A stretch of DNA of 64,000 bases from Phoronis australis. Lineage: Eukaryota > Animalia > Phoronida. The position numbers and the translations under genes are program-made. Shown here piece by piece: positions 27,377-41,131 of this stretch. The notes beneath the pieces are model-generated. The model did not search any database. It saw only the letters and a list, made by a program, of their open reading frames with translations, and was not told where the DNA came from. Numbering within the stretch: position 1 is the stretch's first letter; each line of letters starts with the position of its first letter. The stretch spans positions 182,204 to 246,203 of the forward strand of contig NMRA01000091.1 in the NCBI GenBank assembly GCA_002633005.1. Reading direction: 5' to 3'.

Positions 27377-27478
27377 AAAAAATCAAGATTCCGCGAGATA
27401 TTGTCCTTTACATTGTCCATGAGAGCAGGTGTCTTTAGCTAGATTTTTCGCCGCGAGATAGCTATTGAACTCCACGCC
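27377..27478 (+). repeat. Dispersed repeat fragment (partner 32030-32139)
   Basis: AAAAAA.CAAGA..GCGAGAT...ATGAGAGCA.GT...GATTTTTC..CCGCGAGA.AGC.A.TGAACTC.AC is shared by both loci. Confidence 0.7.
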
Positions 27479-28355
27479 GTGCTCTCTGTTAAAAAACAAT
27501 ATTTGATTCAGACCACAATATGACCTATGCCTCCTTTTGTTGCTTAGTCAAATAAAAGGTGGCTCTAAGACTTCGAAAGAAGTGACAGTTCTTCCTCGAG
27601 ATCAAGATCATACAATTTCAGATCACTGCACCTGAAATTTTATAAGGGTCTAAAGAAATAGCTGAGTCAGTTCTTCCCGTGTCCTGAGATTTAAGGAATA
27701 AGATCAATTTTATAACCGTAAGCAACCCAAATCAAAACTGGTTTCTGTCAGAAAGCACGGGTCAGAAAGATGCTTTAAAAAAGGTTGTAGAGAGTACATA
27801 AAACACTGTTTTATGATTATTTAGTTGATATTCTATACTTAGTGAATAATTCTAAATACCCTATACGCAGTATAATTGGAAGACAAGTGTAGTCTTTAGG
27901 ATGAGGTTTGTATCAACGCTATGCATTTACTACCATTTAACAACAGAGCCGTATGCACCAAAGGTGGCATCATAAAGGTGTTGCTGTAACCGAAAGGACA
28001 TCAACATGGAATTAAATATAACGGGCAGTTATTGTGTCCTTGTTCGGAGGGCCAGTCGTCGTTGCTAAGTTTCGCAACGTCATTTTTATTAGCAATCATA
28101 AGCCAGAATAGCTCGGAGACGTCTAGTCTTTGTTTGAGACAATTCTTTAGCAATGGCAGCACTTATCCACTTCGTAATAATTCGCCGGGGGGATTAACTA
28201 GATCAGTCGACAAAAGCATGTCATTGGTGAACCAATCGTTTTTTGTCAAATGATCTGGGTGCGTTCCGTAGACGTAAGAAGCTTGCAAAAAGCATGATCA
28301 CTATGAAGCGCCGAATGGTTCGTAAACGAGTGCATTTCTGCGCGTTGAAATGTGT

Positions 28356-28411
28356 TTAATCAGCGCGTAGTTTCCTTAATCAACGCGTAGTTTTACTTAA
28401 TCAGTGCCTAG
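28356..28411. repeat. Three tandem ~20-bp units TTAATCARYGCSTAG
   Basis: Units at 28356, 28376 and 28397, followed by GGCCAATCACG (CCAAT box) at ~28427 and a GCGTGATCTT duplication at 28475-28496. Confidence 0.8.
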
Positions 28412-28682
28412 TAATCTGTTCATATAGGCCAATCACGCCAGTGCTCTCAATTTCAAAATAGCGACTTTGATTTTGCGTGATCTTGCGTGATCTTGCTTTG
28501 TGGCGAGTTTCGCTCATCTAGGGAACGGGGAACGGTAGAAAAACATGTCAATACTGAGATGCTGTTGCGTCTTGACATATGCTCGCGGTACTTTTCATTT
28601 TTGCTTATGTTTACGTATAAGCAGTTGCAGTTCAATTGCATTTTGTTACAAACAGATAAAACGTGTTATCCTCTTCTTGCAG

Positions 28683-28703
28683 GTAGTGAAAACTCAAGAA
28701 ACG
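28683..28703 (+). other. Candidate 21-nt micro-exon
   Basis: TATCCTCTTCTTGCAG|GTAGTGAAAACTCAAGAAACG|GTAAGT: consensus acceptor and consensus donor 21 nt apart. Confidence 0.35.
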
Positions 28704-31700
28704 GTAAGTGCAACAGCTTTTACCTAATCTGTCGTTAGTTTAATCTCAACAAATAAAACAGAAACGAAATAATGTTGAATGGACACTTCTGGAATAATTT
28801 AACCGAATCTAGTTTGTGAACATCGAGCAATTTTCTTTCATATGTTCATGGTTGTCATTGCTAAGATTAACAGTTGCAGCGTCTCGAAACAATGTTGATT
28901 AATTGAATCTCATCATTTGTGAGGACGTATATCATGCTAAAACCCTAGAGCAGTCAAATAGATTATTCTGTACCCCATTTGACTCAGTTTCTACAGCCTA
29001 ATGGTTCTATTTCATTAGTTTCACAGTGTATAAATCACTTGCATTTCCTTGAACAGAAGGGTTAATCAAAAATTGCGTGTATGACGCTAGTGCTCAATCC
29101 TATCTTTCTACTTCAGTGGAAGAGTCGGATATTAGAAATGTTCTACAATAAAAATAGTCGTTGAAATGAATTAGAATCCGTTGAACTGTTTAATTTTAGG
29201 TTGCGTGTGAAATTTGGATATTTATTTTCTGCATTAAAGTAAAAGTAGTCCAAATGAGCGTTTCCTTTAATTTATCATAAGTCTTGGATTAACGAATAAG
29301 CGGCTATTTTCGAAGCTACGATTGTGAAAACAAACATGAAAAATATTGTCATATCTACAAATTATTATAAATTGGTTGGCATTATGTGTAAAATAGTTAC
29401 TTAATAAATTTGGATTTGGTTTGGATGGGTAAACGCTCGTGATTAGTTTGTGACAAGAGTGTATTTTTAGAGCGTGATTAGACTACAAAACGTTGACATT
29501 GACGGGCAGCAGTGGCGCAGGAAATTGATGAATGTTAGTTAACATCAATGAGATATTTACAGATTGGGCCAAAAACTAAGATAGTCGGTTCTGATCTGTG
29601 AGCGTGTTTTTTTTTATTGATGCGGTGATGCGGTACTGCAATGGGTCGGAGTCCTTTTGTTCCAGCGTCATCCGATGCCAGCTGAAATTGGCCGGGATCC
29701 GTTTTTCTTTTTTACCCCCAACTACGTCAAAGGATGCTAAAACGGGTCGGGCACAAGCCAGGATCAATTTTACTATTCTTCGCCTTGTATAAACAATACT
29801 TACATATTGAAAATTACGTCATGAAGCGAGATTTAGATGTTCTAACCGCGAATTATCAGTAGAAAGTGCTGAACTGGAAAAATAGAGAGATCACTTGTGT
29901 ACTGCTTGTGAGGTACGCGTTGTAGAAGACGAATATCATTTTTAATTGAGTGTCTCTGTTCTATGATGAATTTAAGACAACTTTCAAGATAGATTGAAAT
30001 TATATCTGTGAGTTTACCTTAAAAATGTTCTGAAATGAAATAGCTCAAGTATAGTTAAGTACTTGCTTGCCGCTAGTGTAAGAAGAGACGACGTTCATGC
30101 AGATACGCATTTTTCATAAACGACGTGTGTCGAGACCAGAGTAAAGTGAGACAATGTAGAAGAGGGTTAAACACTTTACAATGCGGCAAATATTATTTAT
30201 TAAATACACAAGCTGTCGAGACTAATTAGGTATAAAGACAAGTGGCCCCAATGACCTTTTTATACTGTGTTCAAACTACAAAGAGAATGGTCGTGAGAAC
30301 GTGAGAAATGGCAGAGGAAATGGAAGTAGTTAGAGGTAGTGATTCGTGAGGCCCTTGTCTTAACTGGTTAAAAACATAAGTATTGAGATTACATTAGATC
30401 TCCGGGTGTGGGTGTTATCAAGATTCCCCGTCAGCACACGGACCATGCGTTTTTATCACTGCTACGGCCAGTTTTACGAAGTCTATTGAGACGCGTGTGG
30501 AGAGGACAGCCGCTCTCGCCTACATGTATGCACCAGATATGAGGATAGAGATTCCATAGAATGAGGAATACAGTACCAGATTACTGTGAATTTTTGTCAC
30601 TTGGGTGTTGAATTTCGGCCTCATTCTGAATATACTGGCACCTCGGTTATATTACATCATTTTACCGGTTTTTAAGCGTTTTGGCGGCTTCTGCCTATCT
30701 GCTGTCTAAACAATCTGGAGGCATTTTGTTCAATCGAGAAATATGCCACTAACATTGTTCATCATTCGATGTTTCAGTACGCACATTTAGTTGACCTTCT
30801 ATTTGCTAGTCGTTTTACTTAATATGAAAATGCTAAGGTTATCAAATCCAAGGCAAAATTTTGTGAGTTAGTGCGTGTTCAACAATGATCACAGTTAACT
30901 TAATGTCGACCAAACTTCTGCTATCCTCGCTACAAATAATATGTTACTTCCTTGAGGTTCAATATAATATGTGCCTGGCTCTCTACGTTGACTACCTTTT
31001 TCATGATGTTACTTGAATTGGTGATGCTTCAAGTTACTTGCAAGTTAGAGTGTGAAAATCAAACTTAATAAAATGATCACGAAACTGGGAGTGAATCAGA
31101 GTTAAAAACTATTATTTTCGAAAATCTTAAGGTGAATGTCCTGTATTCTACAGACGCTTCACTACTTCTTATTTTATCTTGCCGGGTAGATTTGTTTATT
31201 TTGCCATGGCTGTAACAATTATCTTTCCTGCCTTCACGCCATTTCACTTATATGTGACGTCAGCTTTAGGTCAACTCTTTCCGTTTACCGACCCATGTGT
31301 AAAAGAATGCTTACTAGGTGAGTAAAAATGACGCACAAATGTATTGCGTTTCTGCGTACGTGTTAGAAGGTTTTGCATAGCATCGATATTTCGAAATCTT
31401 TTTTAAACCCATCGGCCACAATTTAAAATCGAAACTCCAATTGGATTGAAACTTCCCAAAAAACCCAATTTTCTTCCTTAGAAATAATGTTAAAGCGTCA
31501 TAACTGAAGTCGGCGAGAAAAAAAAACGTGAACCGTCGTTTTTCTTGCGTAATTCCTGTTTTCTGGGTGCGTGACTTCTCTTTAACGTGAGCGATTTGTG
31601 ATTCAGGGCAATGACACGTGTTGGAAACTCGGTGAATGTCGTCTTGAGTGCAGATTGTAGAGTTAATCCAGCAGAGTGACTTCGTGACTGGGCTGCAAGA

Positions 31701-32029
31701 TTCTCGCGATACACGCGTTCGAAAAATTTATTGCATCAGCAATCCGGGCCATGCAGTTAATTCTAATTTGTTTGTAAGCCTGTTTAATGCCATCTTGCTC
31801 GACCAATAATCCTCCAGGTGTTTGTCACGAAAATTAAAAGCTGGTCAAGCTTGCTTTTACTTCTACAAAAGCCAATTCGTTCTTCACACGCGTTTGTTAG
31901 AAATGCTTCTCTACTGGTTATCGAATCCATGTAATTTCAAAACAACCTCACTGTTCCACTCCGTATATGCGTACACACGTAACCAGGGAGTTTCGGCAGT
32001 AACGCCAGGACTTTCGGTAGGACCTCGTT

Positions 32030-32139
32030 AAAAAACAAGACTTTGCGAGATTACTTGAGATATTGCCGTGTATTAATGTATGAGAGCACGTAATTTTGGC
32101 TTGATTTTTCTATCCGCGAGACAGCAACTGAACTCTACC
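32030..32139 (+). repeat. Dispersed repeat fragment (partner 27377-27478)
   Basis: See the partner copy. Confidence 0.7.
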
Positions 32140-33595
32140 CAGAAGCCCGTTCAACGAGCTTTGGTTCCTTGCGTGTCCGCTAGAGGGTAGATAGCACGCA
32201 GGTATCAGTTAATTTTTCTCGGGATTTTTTTTTTACACTGGCGTTGCTGGTTGGCTGGTCGAATTCTCAACAGCTGGCGCTTTTCGTACACAAACTGGTA
32301 TGACATGTGGAGGAAATGTAAATGTGGATATAGTTTGTGGTCTGTTGTATACAAATCGGTGCTTTTTTCACGTTCAAGAACTGTGATTGGGAAAGTTGGT
32401 GTTGTGCCTTTTCGGAGTGCATTTTTATACTTGTGTTTACGTTGTTGTCCTGTATTCACACTGTCTGAATAACACATCGGTTAAACCGGCCAGATGTGTG
32501 TGCATTGCATATGCTTAAGGCACGCGGCTATTAAACATTTGCAGAAACGCCATTTGCATGATTTGGCTAAATCGTTGGTTCGTCATATTCTTTCTTTGTT
32601 GTAAAGCTACTAACCAATGACTGCCGAGGTTACATCAACCAGCGATAAAACGCGTGCTACTCAATGATACCAGAGTGTTCTCTACCACTTAGCGGACAGG
32701 CAGGGATTGAGCGACTCGGTTTACGAGTTGTGCATTTACGACTTCCGGGTAGAAAACGTTCGAAAATAAGTGATGGCGCATGATTCGATAACGCAATCTC
32801 CTCCTCTTGGTCAAAGGTAAAACGTTCAGTTTCTCGTCATCCGGGACGAGGAATCGTGAAATTGAGTTTCAAATACTTGACAACGGAGAAAACTGCCTGC
32901 TGTTATTGAATGAGCGAAGACACTCTTGATAAATGACGATCACTTGAAATAACCTTAACGTGATAGGTATGTGTTGATCATCGCAAACTTTGTAATAACT
33001 GTGGGCAATTGCCTTAGACATCAGTGATCAGAAGTGGTTGTCAAATTAGCGTCCGTTCATCACCGAGGATGATGTGTACGGACGACCCTAGAACATAAGC
33101 CACGTTTTTCGTCTTATATAAATATTTATACAGAAGTCACTACAAAACTTTATAACAAATAGTGCTGAGTGGCTGACATTCTTGCGAATTTAAAAAGTAA
33201 TGCCTATTCCTTACGGAACGGGTTTACTTGCCTTTATAAACTTTGCTCCGGTAGCGTGTTTTTTCTGTCTCATTAAGATCTGGTCAGAGTTTGCTCTACA
33301 TGTTACCACATACGGGTATTTTCAGTCGAAATTCGGCATCAAAATCATTGCCAAGCGCTGCTTCCTTTACTCATAAATTTTTCAATCTCCATAAAATAAT
33401 TCTTAATCGAACTATTTTTGAGCGGACTCGGGTTACGTTTTCGATTTCGACGGCATGGTGAGATTTCGAGTGAAGGAGGTTTCAATTAAAAACTCAAAAT
33501 TACGACTTCGGGCTCCACTTAGCGTTAACGCAGGATACAAGTAGTCGCTCTAGCAGGTAAACCATAAGTACACGGGCACAGAATAAGAGACACTT

Positions 33596-33932
33596 CAGGG
33601 GCGAATTCAAGATTTTGAGTTAGGGGGGGGCAGGGCACAGGAATAACCAGAATTTCGCCAACGCGCCCGCACAGCCAAAATGTAGGGATGCAGGGGTCTC
33701 GAATTTTTGGATGTGTGGACCTTGTAACGTAAGTTACTGAAAAAAATGGTAAACGGGGTTTGTTCAAGGCCTATGCATTGTGCATATGGGCCCGGAGCAC
33801 CCCCNCCGATTCCCATGCACTCTGCGTGCGCGCATATGCTAGTCAGCAATTCACACCCCGAACTGTCAAATGGTATCTGGGAGAACTTTAGGGGGGCATG
33901 GCCTCCTTGGCTCCCCCCTAAATCTTACACTG
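33596..33932 (+). mobile_element. hAT-like CAGGGGCG-type MITE, long copy
   Basis: Starts CAGGGGCGAATTCAAGATTTTGAGTTAGGG and ends CCCTAAATCTTACACTG. Both ends align with the inverted short copy at 58938-59082. No intact TSD. Confidence 0.75.
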
Positions 33933-34774
33933 CTCCTATCTGGAATTCGCACAAAAGTAGAACTGAAAACATCAGAATTAATTTCGAGGTCGATTTCGAG
34001 TACAAGGATTAGACTCCAGGCCCTGAAAACAATAGGATTGAAACTTCAGCGTAAACGTAATTAACATATCCTCCGACGTCGATGATGTTGGACAGCTACA
34101 ACTGTGTAGAACGTAATGATGCGGTAGTAAGCCTAACGCTGGGTTTCATTTGAAACCTTACGATTTCCTCCTGTATTGTTTTGGCTTCGCTTCCAATGTA
34201 AAATCAGGTTGGGTTATAATGCAATCAGGGAGACACGATATGTTCATTTTATAAGCTCTCGTGTCATAAACTAGTGTAAATATTTTTATGAAATGCTAGT
34301 ATTTTCACTAAATCTGATTTCACTGATGTCATCCCTTGCAATTACATCTAATGTACTGTTATCATTAGGACTTAGTGTCGTCAGACATTGCTCATCACTT
34401 GCGATTACTCTTCTCATGTTGTACACGTGTCGTAACATTTACTCGAATTCTAGTTCTATTATATCTTAAAACTTTCGGTGAAGTGTTAGCTCAGTATTAG
34501 ATTGAGGCCCGTTTTGTTAAAGGCCACGAGCCGGGTCTTCGCTAAGACTGTCATAACGTCGGAGTTTAATACGCACATGGTTCATCAACCTGACCCTATG
34601 GAGACCGTCGTTAAGTCTGAATACGAAATATCATCAACAAAGTGATATTATCGTTTTCGAATGTTCAGTCCTAGCGAAGAGTCGCACCCAAATCATACGT
34701 CGCAGCTTAACACCCTGCTGACTTAGCTAGATGCCGCTAGTTATTAGTAGATGACATTTTAAGCGTAAAGTCAC

Positions 34775-34955
34775 GAGCTTTTATTTCAGGGAACGTCTGG
34801 CATACACCGGCCATTTGTAATATAATCACAAAAATACGACGAATTTTATTGTTTTATAGTTCAGGTCTAAGCTAATAACTTCAAAAAGTCTATCACATTC
34901 GTAAATTATCCCATAAATGCGTTTTTCGGTCGTAAAAACGATATCGTCCCTTTAA
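34775..34955 (+). mobile_element. 3' part of a TTAA-ending element (partner ~41530-41704)
   Basis: GCGTTTTTCGGTCGTAAAAACGATATCGTCCCTTTAA vs GCGTTTTTCGGCCGTAAAATCGACAATGTCCCTATAA, plus upstream TTTTATAG.TC.GGTC similarity. A possible left end TTAA|AGGCCACGA lies at 34517. Confidence 0.65.
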
Positions 34956-36824
34956 TGCCAGGTCATAACGTTTCTCTGTAATAAAAACGCAGCATTGCGT
35001 TTGAAAATAATGTACCTGCGACCTTCATAGCTACGACAAGACTTGCGTGCGAACTTAATTAAAACAACCCCTTAGTTTTATCATCAGAAACCACATTTTG
35101 TCATCACCGAAATATGCGGTTGCTACCTACTTCTCTCATCTTATTGTTTATCATTCTTACAGTTAATGATACTTTTTTGGCCTGAGGTTACGTGCAGTTG
35201 TAACTGACATTTTTGTTTTTGAAAAACGCCTGTTGAAAAGGCTTCACAGGTTGTCGCAAAAGTAATGACAGTCTTGTTTAACTACCCACGCACTGTACTT
35301 GGGTGCATGAATATTCATAGAATTGACCTAAAACGAGATTTGAATTCTTCATGTGTCATGTTTGAGCACTGGAACTATTTTATCTTGAGAAATATAATTT
35401 TTGTGAATTTCACCCAGAAGCTGTTAACGTAATATGTCTTCCCATTGAAAACCTGCAAGTAATTCCACTTAATGTGTTAATGGAACGCAACAAGCAAAGT
35501 TACGAGTAGAGATAACTAGCGATCACATTTGGTTTTGGCCAAAACATGAGCACGAACTTTATAATTAGCGCGTAAGTAAACAGAGACATAGTGATCCGAC
35601 GTTTCGGTTTATTCACTATAAACCATTCTCAAGACAAAAGTTCACATATTCAAACAGGTGACACAGGTGGAGAACAGGCTGTACAGGTACACGTCAAAAT
35701 TCATTGTGAGGGCAGAGACCAGAAATCAAAACAGTTGCAGATGACTATCCCTCTTGTTATGACTGCTTCAAGACAGTTAAACATATTTGTGTTTTCTAAT
35801 GTATCTCGACATGTTTGGCCAGCAGTCAGATGATACTCCGTCGCATTGGGTCCAGTTTGAATCATCGTGTTGTTTCCGTGCCGTGTTCTGCTTCGAGCAT
35901 TGACCGCTCGGTGAATTCGTCCAAACATTGCGGTAAATAGTTTTGATTTTCTTTTCGTCCTTAATATTTACATACGTTAGCCTGAAAGCTTGGATAGTTT
36001 GTACAATTGATCGGGTAGTGAGGTATCAATAAACCAAGAGTGTTCGTTGTACGCAGCAGCATTTCGACCATGTTGGAATGCGGTGGCACCCAGGTGGAAG
36101 GTACACAGAGTTTTAGCTCATTTTAGCATGTAATGAAGGTTATAATTACACGCTCGCATGGTAAACAAGCGTGAGCTTAATCAGAATTCGGGTACGGTAG
36201 CTACTTTTCAATGAGCGCGAATTTCTGGTCTGAAATTATGTGAATAAATCTACTTTGGATGTGCGTATCTTACAACGTCCACAGAAGAGACACCTTTGTA
36301 GCGATTTATGCTTTTTAGAATTAGTGTACGATATAGCTATTAATCGTTACAATTAAGTTTCATGAAAGTCTGTGTCTTACAAGCATTTTGATCAGACTAT
36401 CGTAAGCCTAGTTATGGGACACTCTGTATGTATAGTTAATTGCGGTTTTATTGCACAGAATGTGGAAAATCAGAACCACGGCTCACAGCCATCAGCAAAA
36501 CAATTGCGCCAAGTGCACTTGAAGGATTAGAACCAGGCGTGCGTTCAGTAGACGCTGGGACCTAGCTATAACCTAGTCAAAGTCACGTGTTCTCATTTGA
36601 AACACACGGCGATATCTCACGTAATCTCGCGAAGTCTTGCTTTATAGCGAGGTCCTAGCGTTACTGAACGGGAGGCTGGTAGCTGGACGTTATTTTCCGT
36701 GTAGGTACTTGAAACTATTTCATCTGGATGAACTCGTAAAAATGCGTATTACTAAGTTATCAATCAAACCTTCTGGAACATTCTGAAATGTTTCTGCCGA
36801 TTTTACGAAGCCGCCAGACTCCGT

Positions 36825-37365
36825 CTAACGGTTTCCCGAGATTTGTGTCGCCCTCTGGCGCTACAACAACCTTCGTATAATGGATCAGATAGCGTTATAA
36901 CGTGGCTCGTCTGGGTCGCTATTCACGGATGGATAGTCATGACTTTCTCCCACACAGCCTCTCTACGAGTTGCACTACATGGGTGCACCCAGGGGGGCTC
37001 GGGGGAGCTCCAACGAGCCCCCAATTTGGCGAATTGGGCGAAAAGGTCCGCCTCAGCTAAACAAGACATAAGTCCACAAAATCCCTCGGGAAGTCGGCGT
37101 GGATGCACAGTTCGTGGTCCTGGATCTATTTAGAAGGTGCCAGGTGTGTGGCGAGAGAGTCACACGACACGATGTTAGCAGTTTGGGTGCTCAGGTCACC
37201 ATCCAGTGGGAGTGTGTCGCGGGACACTCTGGCAAGTGGGACAGTTGTTCCTCTGTCCGTGGTATGCCGGAGGTCCACTTAACCGTGTCCAGTAGTGGCT
37301 TGGCCTCGTCGAACTCTGAACAGCACAAGCATTCCATTGAGGTAGGCATAACAACGCACACAGTG
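36825..37365 (+). pseudogene. Decayed THAP + Kolobok-type transposase N-terminal fragment
   Basis: ORF 37099 reads LDLFRRCQVCG...GAQVTIQWECVAGHSGKWDS...GMP, matching the LF..CxxC...G..V...C..GH...W.S motif I recognise from Kolobok-type transposases. The upstream frame WLVWVAI...SLRVALH resembles a THAP W..AI...RVCxxH remnant. The sequence runs into a gap. A TTAA-type end (GCCTTCGCCT|TTAA, 37788-37791) and ACGTCACTTCCGG follow. Confidence 0.65.
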
Positions 37366-37499
37366 NNNNNNNNNNNNNNNNNNNNNNNNNNNNNNNNNNN
37401 NNNNNNNNNNNNNNNNNNNNNNNNNNNNNNNNNNNNNNNNNNNNNNNNNNNNNNNNNNNNNNNNNNNNNNNNNNNNNNNNNNNNNNNNNNNNNNNNNNN
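37366..37499. other. Assembly gap (N run)
   Basis: 134 N bases. Confidence 1.
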
Positions 37500-40400
37500 A
37501 GTTCTCTACTAACCTATCTTGCCGCAGAATACTCGCCGATGGAAAGTGGTGGCGACAATTGTTGAAAAACAGCATTAAACAAAAGTAGAACAGAACAGAT
37601 TTGCACGGTAAACTCAACGCAAAACCAAGTGGCGGGAAATGCTTGCCTCCTAAAACGTCACTTCCGGAGTAGAGGACAAGTAATTAATAAAATTACGAAA
37701 AGCTGTAATTAAGTGGAAAATATGTCTAGGATATCCAACCAACCTTATTTTAACTCAAAATGACATGAAAAAAGGTTGCCTTCGCCTTTAAAATTGCATT
37801 CTCACAAAACTTTTGTTTATTTACTTTATATATGGATCACTTTCACGCTTTCTCGGTTACAGTCTGTCAACACTTTTTTCTTCTTATTTTCATGAATAAT
37901 AAAGACGTTTCAACGGCATAGGAGTGTTGGTAGCTCCATTGTATGATCGTTTATGAAAACAAGCATTGTTAATGTAGACTGGATCGTGTATGCTTGGAGT
38001 GTACCTCGGGTTGGAGCCATTGGTTAAATGAAGTTGGAACAGGCCTAGGGTACCCAAAAGTAACACTCTGAGACTCTTCTTCCTTGACTGGAAGTCTTTT
38101 TAGGTGTCAGACTGGTGATTCGTAATTACTGATGTCTATGTTTTGAGTGATAGACACGTGTTGGTTAGATATTGGTGTTTGAACCTAGATACGTGTATTT
38201 CTAAGTTGTCCAGTGGTGTGTAATCCCTGATGTTCCCTTGGTTTGTGCGATGGTTATTTCCACGGTAGTCAACGTATTCGGATTTTGCCTTGCTATTATT
38301 CTATACGTTTTCGATCAATTGCGTACGAGGCGCCATTCGTTTTTCATAGTTGTTTACTTTACCTCGAACAATTCTGTCAACACAGGGATTTCCTCATTTT
38401 TGTTAAGCAGCTCATGCTTTATTACCGTATAAAGTTTTTATGAGTTTCAAAATCGATCAATGCTGGCAAGGTGCAAGTTGGTTGTAGTTTGTCATTTGGA
38501 ATACGTTGCGTACGGTTTCGAGTCTCGTAAGTACATCTGCAGTAAAAGTTTTTGTTTTTCATGCTCATTTTTGCCATTTCCTTTGCAAATATATGAATTC
38601 TGGGGTTATAGCAAAACTTATTCACTTGAAATGGACGACAAAATTTTAAAGCTTAAAATGATATTAAATTAAATTAGTAAAACACTCAAGTATTGATCTT
38701 TATTGACCACATTTTCAGTTTAAAATTTTATACGTAATGCTCGAACAATTTTCTTCATGGGATCACAAGGTAACGTGACAGTCCATGACACACCACGAGG
38801 CGTTTTAGCTCTACTGAATTCTTTAAAATATTATAATTTCCATGTGCCATCTTTTTATCAGTGTTAACAATTTTCCTTAGTTCGTGTATATTCCTGAAGA
38901 CCATTTCATAAAATATGAATCCTCAGTATCTATATTTTTTATAGTCTCTCCCATCTAAGACAGTTAGTTACGGGCTCGAGATATTAGTTAACATGGTAGT
39001 CCTGTTTCGACCAACACTGAAATGTGATGAACTTACATCGTTGTCTGCTGTCCTTAGATACTCGCTATATTCACAAAACTTTTAACCTGAATTGCTGCAT
39101 AACGATTTTACCTTCTTAGGTTTTAGAAAACTGATTTTGCCCACTCCCCCTTGTCTTCCTTTCTGTCTACTGGTAGCGTCTGTACTAAGCCAACGCCATC
39201 TCACGTCCCAGACGGTGACAATTCTAACTCAAACAGGTATGTCATATTTTACAAAAAAGGTATTTTGTGTGTATGATTAAGAATCCATGACTTTCTTTTT
39301 TTTTGAAGTAAATTGCCTTTGATAGCCTGATATTCCATCGTGCAATCGTCACAACTGGTGATTGGTGCCGTTTTTCCAAACATTTGACTTTCCGGTTATT
39401 TCTATCCGAAATAAGTAAAAGCTCTGCACTTATCTAGCGATGTGATATTTGTTTCTAGTATCAATTTGTACCCATTAAGCCATCCCCAGCTGTCCACGAA
39501 ACGTATGATTCTCAGAATTTCGGAATTATGTATTTCCAGTATTCTTTCTATCATGGAGAATATGTCATGTCGTTAATTGCCTCATACGACAATTGATATT
39601 TCTATTGCCCATATACAGCCCGCATATACTGTCTTAGTAATATACATGTACATGTATAACTATAACCCAGAGGGCATGATTCCATAGGTACCAGCGCACG
39701 GTTCTCCGTACTTTTGTCCAAATCCTTCGGTCGAAAAAGGCCGAGTTTGCTACGTAGAAACGTAACGAACGTTTATTAACAACATAATGTGAACATGTTC
39801 ATAAAAGCGATTCTTGTTATTATGATTATTATGCCTTAACAGTAAAAAAAAGTTCTAGAGATAGTGATGAGTATTTTCCCCTCTATTGGATTTGACCAAG
39901 CAAAATCCTTGAATTGGATGACCATTTACGAACTTCGAAAGATATGCGTGCGCACCCATCGTGATTCTTTAGGGGTAGGGAGGAATATTGTCCTCTTGAT
40001 ATTGGACATGTTGTGAGCACCAGAAACAGAGTTGTTGGAATCTGAAACTATGTTCGTGATTCCAGATTCCAAGCTGCAGCTTATGATAATTCCAGCGCGC
40101 AGTATCATGTATAACTGGAGCTAGGCTACAATACACGGGCTGTCCTGGTCTGCGTCTATCTTTGTTTCCAACTTTCTGATAAACTAACAGGGCCTTCGCA
40201 GCCATATAATTTGATTGAATATCAAATCGGTGGTTTTGACGTTGTGGCAGTTTCTCATAATTCCTTGAGAAGAGGAATGCTATCCATTTATTTCGTAAGC
40301 CAACATTAGCTTGTATCAAATTTATCTTCACATGCGAGTATTTTCAGACGATAAAGCCATGGCATTATCTTGTAATATCCGGCACCAAAAGCAATGCCAA

Positions 40401-40760
40401 GTGACCATTTAGGCTTTTGATAACTGAGCTTCATTTCTTCAGCTTCCCTCATATGATGACCGAGATTTTCGAGTTTTTTTTCTAGGCCGGGGTTTCCAAG
40501 GCAATTGTCGCAGTGATTCGTCACTCGCCTACGGTAGCCTGATTTTTGGGAGAGTGATGCGACACGAATTTGAAACGTAGAATGATACTGTCCCTTTGAA
40601 AAGTGTATGAGCAGGAATATCGATTTGTTATCATGGTTTACGCAACAGCAATGTTTCTCAAGTGATTTTCCCCGGAGTGACAATTAAAACCAATTTTTAG
40701 TTCAATCTCGTTTTATTGACACCGTTCACCGGAGCGTTGCATTTTCACAACAGGTATTAA

Positions 40761-41131
40761 AGCTGCTATGTGTCATAAAAACAAGTAATCCCAAGAAATG
40801 TGGACGAGAAGTGTGTGGAAATATAACGTCAGTTCACTGTCTGCAGCTGCGGTCGGAATCTGAGTTGCCGCCATGCACGAAAGACGTGAGGTTCCAAACA
40901 AACTAAGGTATAAATGCATTCTTTATTGTCTTTGCCGGCAAGGGGGTCTTCGTCCGACACGGTGAAATATTACTATATTCATTTACATAAAAAGAGTGTC
41001 AAAAACGAAATTTTCGCGAGATTGTAATGGTAACTGGTTCTCGGATGGTTTCTTGCACACAAGAGGACCCGAGGTTGATTGTAAATTAGTATTTAATTTG
41101 AATATGCACAGTTTAATGAGACTAGGCATCT
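40761..41131 (+). mobile_element. TTAA-flanked (Kolobok-like) MITE, copy B
   Basis: TTAA|AGCTGCTATGTGTCATAAAAAC ... GTTTAATGAGACTAGGCATCT|TTAA: imperfect ~20-bp TIR with TTAA intact on both sides. Homologous to 24572-25005. Confidence 0.8.

Noticed and set aside
39926-40683. Overlapping minus-strand ORFs of 60-125 aa
   Set aside because: Could be a decayed gene, but I recognise no domain or splice structure.
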